Assembly: GCA_002189035.1 (NCBI GenBank)
Contig: NEEC01000015.1
Location: 186,001-250,000 of the forward strand
DNA length: 64,000 bases
Origin: Utricularia gibba
Lineage: Eukaryota; Plantae; Magnoliophyta
Direction: 5' to 3'
Part shown: piece after piece, positions 36,745 through 46,754 of the stretch
How positions within the stretch are numbered: the first letter of the stretch is position 1
How the letters are laid out: the number at the start of each line of letters is the position of its first letter
The notes under the pieces: model-generated
What the model was told of the DNA's origin: nothing
Databases searched by the model: none
The model's input: the letters and a program-made list of their open reading frames with translations, nothing else
Program-made: the position numbers and the translations under genes

Positions 36745-37407
36745 CTACGCAGCGACGCAGCCTATTCCGTATCTAGTAGTCGGAAAAACAAGAAACAACC
36801 CACTGCAGATAATGCCGACCATCAACGGGAAACTCTGCATCACCTGATCCAACTCCGCCGTGTGCCGGGGGAACACGCAGTCGGTGACACGGTGGTCCGA
36901 CAGCGCGATTGCCTCGAAAACGAGCGCCGACATCACCGCGTGGACGAAATCGCTCAGCCCAACTTTGTACTTGTCTTCTTTGGGAACTTCCACCCCCAGC
37001 CCCGCCTTGAAAACCGCCAGCCCCTTCGGCGTCACGAAGCCGTAGTACACTTTCCCGTCGGCGGCTCGGAAGGAGTCGGTGAAGTGGAAGAAGAAGCAGG
37101 AGAGCGTGCAGAGACCCAGGAGCGCGTAGATCATCTGGGTGGTGACGTGGGTGCAAGCGCCGCCGGAGTAGATCGACGGGAGGACCATTTCGAAGGTGAG
37201 TAGGGTTCCAGTGGGGAGAAAGTTGGCCAGTAATGTCGTTTTGGACAGAGTTTTCTGGACGCCACTCGCCATCGCGCGGCGCGCACGGCGGCCGGAGGTG
37301 GTGGTGGGTTCTGGAGTTACATCGATTTCTGGGTGGAGCGGTGGCGGATCAAGATGCGGGGAGGATGTGTAGACCTTTATTCCGATGGATTCCGCCGATT
37401 TCTCCAT
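36745..37407 (-). CDS. DMP9: DOMAIN OF UNKNOWN FUNCTION 679 membrane protein, DMP8/DMP9 (DAU2) clade
   Basis: 220-aa intronless ORF MEKSAESIGIKVYT...GVQKTLSKTTLLANFLPTGTLLTFEMVLPSIY...SCFFFHFTDSF...YYGFVTPKGLAVF...DQVMQSFPLMVGIICSGLFLVFPTTRYGIGC. The long N-terminus and these motifs match the gamete-expressed DMP8/9 type. Confidence 0.9.
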   Translation of the reverse strand: MEKSAESIGIKVYTSSPHLDPPPLHPEIDVTPEPTTTSGRRARRAMASGVQKTLSKTTLLANFLPTGTLLTFEMVLPSIYSGGACTHVTTQMIYALLGLCTLSCFFFHFTDSFRAADGKVYYGFVTPKGLAVFKAGLGVEVPKEDKYKVGLSDFVHAVMSALVFEAIALSDHRVTDCVFPRHTAELDQVMQSFPLMVGIICSGLFLVFPTTRYGIGCVAA

Positions 37408-37715
37408 CTCGCGTTTTTCCGCAGAAGAAACCTTTGTGAATAAAAATGGGATTTGCGGTTTCTTACGATCGGGATTTTTGAAATTATGAACCTAACCGTT
37501 GGCGGTTCCAGAAAAAGAAATATCACAAAATACCACCGCATTTTCTAACAAATTCTAATTTAGCCCCAAACAAAACAATGTGAGAAATTAGATTTCGCCA
37601 CTACGGACGACGGTGAATGGACTAGGCGACGGTAGTGAAGTTGAATTTGGATTCTGAGACAAATGAATATGTGATCGGAACGTAGGGTTGCAAGAAGTAT
37701 TCCCAGGTCGAGAAA

Positions 37716-39052
37716 ATGGCTGGGTTCCGCCGCCCACATTCGCCATTGATTCCGGCGATTATCCTCGCCCTTGTGTTATTACCATCCATGAAAGCTGAGG
37801 ATCCCGATTCAATTGTAGCTCGATTTCAAGCGTACCTGAGAATCAACACTGCCCATCCCAACCCTGATTACAAGGGGCCGCCGATTTCATCGCCACCCAA
37901 GCCAAATCCCTATCCTTGGATACACAAATCCTTGAATTCGTCGCCGGAAAACCAGTGCTGCTTCTAACCTGGACCGGAACAGACCCCTCCCTGCCGTCGA
38001 TTCTCCTCAATTCGCACACCGACGTCGTCCCCGCCGAGGACCACAAGTGGCACCGCCCTCCATTCGCCGCTGAAATCGATGAATTCTCCGGTCATATCTA
38101 CAGCCGTGGTTCGCAGGACATGAAATGTGTCGGCATTCAGTATCTGGAGGCGATTCGTAAACTTCAGGCTTCTGGGTTTCGTCCCCTGCGCTCCGTGCAT
38201 TTATCCTTCGTCCCCGATGAGGAAATTGGAGGCCATGATGGTGCTGAAAAGTTCGCAGGTTCTGAAATTTTTAAGAATCTGAATGTGGGCATTGTCCTAG
38301 ACGAAGGTTTGGCCTCGCCGACGAACGAATATCGGGTTTTCTACGGCGAAAGGGTTCCTTGGTGGACTGTGATTAAGGCGAAGGGCGCTCCAGGGCATGG
38401 AGCTAAGCTGTATGACAACACGGCTATGGAGAATCTTCTCAAAAGTATTGAAAGCGTAAGGAGATTCAGAAGCTCACAGTTTGATTTGGTCAAGAACGGA
38501 ATCAAAGCTGAAGGGGAAGTTGTTTCTGTGAACATGGTTTTTCTCAAAGCAGGGACGCCATCTCCAACTGGCTTCGTGATGAATTTGCAGCCATCTGAAG
38601 CTGAAGCAGGTTTCGATATCCGGGTTCCACCGACAGCAGATGAAGAATCGCTTGAAAGAAGGATCGCTGAGGAGTGGGCTCCCTCTGTGAGAAACATGAC
38701 CTTTGAATTCAAGCACAGAGCTTTATCCAAAGACAAGAATGGGACGCCATTGATCACAGTTTTAGACACTTCAAATCCTTGGTGGGGATTGCTGCAAGAT
38801 GGGGTGAGAAACGCCGGCGGGAAACTGAGTCAACCGGAGATTTTTACGGCGTCCACCGATGCGCGATACTTCAGGGAACTTGGTTTGCCGGCGATCGGAT
38901 TCTCACCGATGGCGAACACTCCTCTTCTTCTCCATGACCACAACGAGTTCCTGAACAAAGATGAGTACTTGAGGGGAATCTCTGTGTACGAATCCATCAT
39001 CAGAGCTTTCGCATCCTACGCTCAGCAGATCAAACGGGATGATGAACTGTGA
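37716..39052 (+). CDS. ACY1: Aminoacylase-1 (peptidase M20), signal peptide and C-terminal DDEL; intronless; apparent 1-nt frameshift at 37874-37877
   Basis: Signal peptide then IVARFQAYLRINTAHPNPDY; metal-binding SILLNSHTDVVP, RGSQDMKCVG, FVPDEEIGG, LLLHDHNEFL; ends KRDDEL. The N-terminal and main ORFs join if one G is added. Confidence 0.92.
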
Positions 39053-39281
39053 CATGTGTAACAACAAGCCGGGTTCCTTTTTCGTCCTCGCTCTCTTATT
39101 TAATAAAAATTTAAAAACGCCATTTCCGTATTAGCATATATTAATATTTTATTCGTAGACAAAACTGGTTTTTTTTTTTTTTAAATTAATTCAATTTAAA
39201 ATTTCACTGAAAAGCTGCTGCGTGTCATTAGTTTTCTGTACATCTTTATTTTTTAATTAAGAGAAGCAGCATTCAGTTAAA

Positions 39282-39540
39282 TGGGCCCGGCGTGGGCCTC
39301 CTCCGAGGCCCATCGTATTTTTCAGTTGTCACGTAGCCCAGTCTCCAGCTCAGGGGGAAGGCAAACTGTCGGGTCCCGACTTCTGCGGGCCCATCCCACT
39401 TGTGATTATAATAATCAAAATATTTAAAAAATATTCATCATCATTAATTTTAAAGTATTTTAATGAAATATCGTTATATTAATGATACGCTATTGAATTA
39501 ATTCATTTTTTAGAATAGCTTTGGGGCTGTGTTAGGGTTT
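39282..39540. promoter_or_regulatory. Cluster of site II motifs (TGGGCY) plus telo-box, with no adjacent 5' gene end
   Basis: TGGGCC at 39282 and 39293, GGCCCA at 39307 and 39388, TTAGGGTTT at 39532-39540. Confidence 0.55.
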
Positions 39541-39928
39541 GGTGGTTTCGTTGAAATCCCCAAGTCCATTTCAAGACTGGGAGAAAATCTCTCTTTCTTT
39601 GTCAGCATGCGGGTTAACAGCTTGACCGGAAAAGGCGGAAACAGTGGCATGGCCGTGAAGAATCAAAGAGTCCAAGTTGGTGTCTCTGAAGGACGTGCAG
39701 AAGCGAAGCTGCAATGTGTGGTCTGATTTCTGCTTTTATTTTTGAGTACCCATTTCAACAATCCTTCGTCATCAGAAGGTGTTACCGTTGCGATTCTTGG
39801 TGCGAGTAGAGATCGGAATCATGGACAAGAACCAGAATGGTGCGTACAATTCGCATCGGAGTGAGTTATTCACAGAGAAGAGAGAACAGAGATGAGGTCA
39901 CAGAAAAACGGGAAATCAGAAAAATCCA

Positions 39929-39944
39929 CCCCCCCCCCCCCCCC
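39929..39944 (+). repeat. C16 homopolymer (G16 on the MYB sense strand, just 3' of its stop)
   Basis: Read directly. Confidence 0.85.
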
Positions 39945-39970
39945 ATAGATTGATAGCATAGTTTTTTTAT

Positions 39971-41004
39971 TCATAGAGCACCAACTCCTAGGAAGTCTAT
40001 GAACGGCGGCGGTGACCCCGTTGGCGCCGGAGATTCCACTCCACCGGAGACTTTCTCTGGGGATGGATTGAAGTTAAAATGTAGCAAATATGGAGATGGG
40101 TTGTTGAAAATGTTGATCACTTCAGCGGTACTGCTCTGCCTCCGCCTCGCCCCTGAAACCCACATAATTTACGATTCGGTTTACGTGTATTACGAGATTT
40201 TCTTAAAAAAGTAGAATCTTGAAAGGAGTTCAATACCTGGGAAGACTTCAAGTGACCGCTGAGGCGACCAGAAGCCACCGCCCACGGCGGTGAAGTTGGC
40301 TTGCGGATGTGGCGGTGGAGCAAATTGAAACTCAGAGTGTTGTTGTTCGACTTCCATAGCTTTGTACACAAACTGACTCATCTTCCTCCTCCTACAAGCA
40401 CTTGATTGTTCTCGGTATCTTCTAGCCATTATTACATGCCAATGATTCTTAACAGCATTGTCTGTTCGCCCTGGGAAAAGTCGGGCAATCATCGCCCATT
40501 TGTTTCCGTACAGTCTATGAGCAGTCATTAGCCTCTCTTCTTCTTCATCTGTGAATGCCCTTCTATTTATCCTCGGATCCAGCTGATTGAACCATCTCAA
40601 TCTGCAACTTTTACCTTCAAATTTCCACACATTTTCTCTTTTAAAAAACGCATGAAAAACATACAATAATGAATCTTTTCTGTTGTGGGCTTTGCTCCTT
40701 TAGAGTCACCTGATCTTCCTTGAAGCTTCTCTGCAATGAGGTTCCAGTTTTGAGGTCCATAAACTGCAACAAGCTCCTTCAACTTCGCATCCTCTGCTGG
40801 CCTCCAGTGACCTCTGGTACAAAGCTTTATGTGCTGCTGTTGCACATTTGACCCATCACGCTGATGATCTTCTGGATTTTTCAGGCTTGAGTTGAGATCA
40901 ATGCTCTGCTGGTTTATTGACAAAAAGGTGAAATCTTTGTACACCATAGAAGAAGAATCTGATGATGAGGAGGAAGAATTCCCATTTCTCTGATGAAAGC
41001 TCAT
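39971..41004 (-). CDS. R2R3-MYB transcription factor, MYB105/MYB117 (LOF) clade
   Basis: Exons 41004-40710, 40614-40237, 40152-39971. [39 protein letters not shown]|[22 protein letters not shown]...[18 protein letters not shown]; C-terminal [11 protein letters not shown] motif typical of subgroup 21. Confidence 0.93.
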
Positions 41005-44000
41005 GTTCTTTCCAACAACACAAGACAAAGAACAGAATGAGAGTTGTAACAGAAAGCTGATGAACAACTACAACAACAACAAAGACTCCTCCTTTTCCTC
41101 CTGTTCTCCTATTTGTGCTTTGTCCCTGGGGCTAGGCTTTGACTGAGATAAATACTTCCTGACATTACACGCTTTAGAGGTTATTTTAATGTAAAACAGG
41201 ATGTGAAGCGTTAATGATGAGCGAGCGAGCACTGTTTGGGGTATCAAAAAGGGGCCATCCGTGTGTGGTTGATTGAGACAAAGGACACTCAACTTGTGGT
41301 GCTCTTCCTTACACAAGGCATTTATTTTTATAGCCTGTAGTGTAGTGTAGTAGTCTATGTCTACCAACTATTAACTATTTTGTGTTGGGGCTCTGTCTTA
41401 TTCCACATTTAATAATCCATGTTGCCTGCTTTTCTCAGTCCATTGAAAAAACAAAACAAACTTTAATAGCAATTGTCTGCTTCTAATCATATGATGAACG
41501 TGTCCATGCAAACCACCTTGTGTGTCTGAAAGAAAGCTTACGTTTTTCTGCACTGAATGTATTCTTGTTCTGAAGAAAGTCGACGAATTCAGGGTAATGA
41601 AACGATGAAAACGCAATGAAATACAAATTCAACTTAACTTTGGGGTGCTTTCATGTGATGTTCCTATTTGATGATGACTACACACAATTTGAAATGCTTC
41701 ACAAACTTGTATATTTTAGTGTACATCTTTGGAAGCGGTGAAAGGACTTCAAAATTCACAGCAGCAGCCAGTAGTAAATGTAAATGGTAAATGAAATGGT
41801 CAATTTGTTCAATCGCATCAGTGAAATAATTTCATAGTTTCAGAGTGTCTGCAATCACATGACAGGAATCTGTCTGTCAATGCTGCCTGATTGGGTGTTA
41901 GCTGGTTTTCCTTAGAGTTCCTCCACTAACCAACAAGAGAGTACCCTAAGCAATGACATAGGGGTGATGAGAACCCTCCCTCTCTCTAACTCTCTCTCTC
42001 CTCCCTTCAACCGCTCATGTGAAGAAAAGTAGGACCATTTTCTTTTGAAGATCTACTGGAATTAAAAAGGCAGCTGGTTTCACTAACAGCCACTGGGATC
42101 TTCAAAATCCCAGTGGATGTTTGTGCAGTCACAGCATTCTTTTCACTAAGAGTCTTGTGACTCTGAAGAGATAATCAATCAATTTGATCTGACAAGTAAC
42201 AGACATCACAAATATGTTAGCGTGGATATGCTACAAAGGAAAATGTGTTAGTGTGGAGATACTACAATTGGTGGCAACAGAAATGAAGCTCATTTGGAAG
42301 ACTAATGATCCTGACTCCACCTTGAAAAAAATGATGCTCCAGGTTTCGAGAAAAGCAATGGGGAAAATAAAAAAAGTTAGAGTGGAGAGAAGAGGCTTTT
42401 AATGAAGAAACCAGATGTGACAGTGGCTTAGACCTCCAGATGGGAATTATTGGTTAGTTCCTGCAAGAAATGTAACAGATGCACATCTCATCAGTTGTTG
42501 TGGACATCATGTCAAATATGAGTCATGTCTCATTCATTTTCCCAACTACACTGTTGAAGTTCAATCTTCTGTAACATTATCATCATCATTCATCAAGCCC
42601 CTTTTCTGGATTCAAGTCATGTCTCATCAATGCATTTTTCCATTTTTCTTCAATGACTTGATCTATGATAGTGGGATGTAGCACGCTCTGTGGACGTCTA
42701 ACTATACAGTACTTCATGGAAAAAAAATGAACCTCGTCATTTACTGTAGGATAAAAAATCCTCTTTGGACTCCCCATTTTGTGCAACTAGCTGGCCTACA
42801 AGAGGTAAGAGAAGAATGTAAGATATCAGAAGGTTTAGAAATCAGAATGCAAGCTAAAATTGGTAAAATAAAGGTTGAGTTTAAACAGTTTCCCATGATT
42901 TGGAGGAGATGGTAACAATTCAAGGGGCAGCAGTGAGGATAATAGTCATATGAAATCAAATACCCTGTTTTGCTACATGCAAATTTTGAACAACTGTTAA
43001 GAAATCAATTCTTCTAATGACCCCACTGCCCTTGTCCTCCAGTACCAATCATCAGTGGTTGACGTGAACAGTAGTTAGAACTAAGAGACTGATCCACAGG
43101 AACAGTCAGAATAGGGGTAGGGGCATTGGTGAGAATACACATTTTCAGGACATCAATTCAATTGGAGACAATTCTCTTTTCCCCGTGCATTGCAGAGATG
43201 TTTGTTTGAATTCAAATATTTTTCAAGCTCCGCATTTTAACTTTTTCCTTGTTGATGATTCCCAAGAACAAAATGAAGAGAAATGAATGCTTTGAACAGA
43301 CGAAAACTTACCAAGAGTAAGGTTTGCATCACTGGGGCAGGGCAGATCTGAATCCGGCCAGCCTTTTAAAGGACTAACTGAATTAGTTTCTGTCTTCTTT
43401 GGCAACCGTGGAGGGGTAACTCCATTGACAGCATTCGTACTTTTTCATGCAAACTGCAGCAAAAATAAAAGGCTACAGTTTCTGCCTCAATATCTTCAAT
43501 CTAGCAGACCTTGCCTGCAAGCAAGTATTACTCCCATTTATTGAAATTTGACTGCCCTTTTCACTGTCAAAAAACTGCACAGCTACCCAATGAAAAAGAT
43601 CAGGATCTAACGCCTATACTCAAGTTCGTGCTTTGACAGATGAGACTAATAAAATTCACTTGCTGTACTGAAATCATCTAATGCCTCATTTTCTCCAATG
43701 AAGGTAGACAACGACAAGGATCCCATAAAAACAATACAAAGGCTCTGTGGAGCTATTGGTCGAGCAAGTGGTAGACAAGCACACGGTGTGAACGAGGCCC
43801 ATAGATTCTGCGGTGATATGTCCCACAGTTTCATAAGTAAAATTGAATCTCCTTTTTCGCCTCTCTGTGATGGGTTTTAGCCACTGTTCCACAAACAAGG
43901 ACCTACAAAAAACAATTCAGCAACCCGAAAAGCACAAACAGGATCGCTTTCTAACAGTTGAATCTTTTTCTTCGAAGAATAACACTTCGGACAACGAATT

Positions 44001-44200
44001 GCATCGTTATTCATCACTGTAATCCTTTGCCTTGCTCATAAACGCTAATATAATATTTAACCAGGAACACCACATTTTCCAATGTAATCACTTTCCATAC
44101 GAACAAACTCTTGTCGTTCAGATGGATTAGTACAATAACGCTTATGGCAGGTGGCAACTGGTTATCCAAAATCTGGGAGACAAACATAAGACGTTGGTCA

Positions 44201-45718
44201 TCACTTCATACTTGGACCACCTGTTGAGCCAGAGGCGCCGTTGCCTAAGGACCCAATAAACAACCGGGGGGAACGAGAGCCACTTTTCCTCAACTTCCCT
44301 GTGAAATTTCTGCCAATGTCGCTCTTAAAATGAGGGCTCTTTCCAAACCGGCTCCGGCTAAGAGAAAGCAGTGGGTTGCAAGGAGGGGTGTGTAGCACTC
44401 CCTCGACGCAGTCTCCAGCTTGGGTGCATGTCCATGGCCTTGATGGCCCGCCCTCGCGAATAGGCTTCACCAGGGGGAAACCACTTCTTGCTTTGTGGGA
44501 TACACGGTGATCAGGGGAACTTTCTTTACCTTCTTCCAGCTTGCTGCAGATGGGGCATGGCGGGTCGCTTTTGCGTGCCTTTGGGGTTGTTTGATCTAAG
44601 CACTCCACATGGAAGACATGGCAACAGGAAAGGACTCCGGAAATTGGCATGTCTCCTGTTTTCACAATTCTACGAGAACTCCATGGAGATCGTTGTGAAA
44701 GATATCGGTCACACAGTCCACATGTGAAATGCCCACCTGCGGGACTTGGCGGCCTGTTGTTTGGATACATCTCAAATGGCTCTTGTGCTTCTGTGAAATC
44801 GACACTGCTACTAGCAGACCGATGATGGTGATGGACATCTCTTTGAAGTGCGATGTTTCCAAATTCCGGAACTGCAGCAGGGCCAGAAGATTGAATTCCT
44901 CCATTGTATGACTCGGATGGCAATGACAATGGATGGATCGCCTTCGGCATGAAGGATCTACGGTTGCGATGGGATAGATTAGACTTGAACATAGTTTCAG
45001 TATCATAACTGCTATCCGATCTTGATGATGCAGAGCCGACACTATCTCGATATGCAGATGTCCCCTGTAAAATTATCCAGATCAGTAAACAACATTGCTC
45101 AATTCCAGAAGCTGTACATTAAAAATAAAAAAAGCACAGCAAGCCAGTTTTGTACCTCCATGGTAGGAGAAAAAGGTAAAGGCCGCATGACTCCTGAAAA
45201 AGGATAATATAGAGAAGCAACGTTAGCAAGTTTTGATATTCACAAATGAACTAATATAGAAAGCCCAAAAGTCTACATCGGCACGGTTGTAACGATTCCC
45301 GGAATTCATACGTACAAAGAGGGAAAAAGTATTGATTCATACCCCTCAAAGTAATATGATCATCAGAAATGATTTCTTGCACCACTGGGGGAGTCCATTG
45401 CTGGCCAGAAGATATGTCAGATGGACTGCTGAGATACTGATCAATACCATCAGATACTAAAGTTTGATGATTAGCATTATTTGCTCTCATCCAACTTCTA
45501 CTTTCTCTGCTGTTTGACGAGACTGAGGATCCATTTATTTGAATACCATTCTGAGAGCCGAATGAAGGAGCATCAGGATGGAACTGAGCATCCCACCTTG
45601 TCAGACGAGGAGAAAAACTAGTGTTAGTTCTCCAGTAGGGCTCTCGGGGGCCGACCGACCAGTCCTGGCTGGTGGCATTCGATCCATGTCTCGCAGCCAC
45701 ACAACAAAGGGACCCCGT
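44201..45718 (-). CDS. RING-finger protein with (M)GSLCC N-terminus (At1g14180-like); start codon position is ACG
   Basis: Exons 45718-45343, 45193-45156, 45064-44201. xGSLCCVAARHGSN..EPYWRTNTSFSP..RWD; RING CGLC...GVLSCCHVFHVECLDQTTPK..SDPPCPIC. Confidence 0.85.
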
Positions 45719-46754
45719 TTTAGCTATCTTTCAAGGTACAGCAGCAAAAAAGTAGAGAAAACTTCCCCCAGCTCCTCCCACAAACTTCCAGGATCGAAGA
45801 TAGAAAGAAATCAACAAGCTGCTTCCGGAAATCCGCCTCGCTCTCAAGATACAAGCTAATAACTTTGATGAAAACTGGTGGTAAACATACTTCTACCACT
45901 TCTTAAATTCCCAAGGAAACTACACTTGCGAACCGCTTTCTGTCAAATTCGCATGCAAACATCTAGAGAGCACCATTTTCTTTACCTAAAACAATAAAAG
46001 AGTTCTGTCCATGTCTGAAAGCTGTTCAAATGAACATGACCTGCATAATTTAAGAGATTCTACTCATTATCGACATAGCAGTTGCAAGAAACATTAAAAA
46101 GCTATAACTCCGAGTGAAGACAGTTACTCAGACAGAAAGAACAAAACTTGTTCAATATTTATACCAGAAAACGTCCACCACCAAAAGGGCTTTTTTACAT
46201 AATTCTCATAAATAGCAGCCAGTCAATAACTTCACATTACTGTAATTTACGGCAGCTGCCTACAAGCTCCATAAACACTGAAGAAAGCTAAAAAGTCAAA
46301 CAATCTTCAGCTGAAGATTGAAAATATAAAACCCCAGACAACAAAATACCAACACATAACCCTACCAAAACCCAATATAAGCTTGCGAACGCATACCTCT
46401 GCGGGAGAAAAGGCCGACGGAAAGCGCGCATTTCAGGTTGTAACTGTTTGCAGATGAAATCAAGGAACCCTATATTGACACTGACCAGACGTATCCGTGA
46501 CTTTTCATGACTTCTGTTTCGGTTTTTTGACCCAAATTTTTCGCTATTTATTTTGAACTCCTCCAGTATAATTCATATCATTATTTGGCCCCTCCCGCTT
46601 TCGTTTGCTTCCATAAATTACTTTAATTAAATTAAATTACCTTAACCCCTGTGGAATTGCGTATTGTCGTCTACAAATGCGACAAAGACTTGCCCTAATT
46701 CTAATGTGAATTGGGCTGATTCCTGATGGGGCTTCTGGCAGACACGGGCCCAAT

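Noticed and set aside
36715-37203. 162-aa plus-strand ORF (and 36773-37156) overlapping DMP
   Set aside because: Antisense shadow of a GC-rich coding sequence with no recognisable domain.
43915-44025. C/D snoRNA (GTGATGA…CTGA on the minus strand)
   Set aside because: Terminal stem is weak and I could not identify an rRNA/snRNA complement; such boxes occur often by chance.
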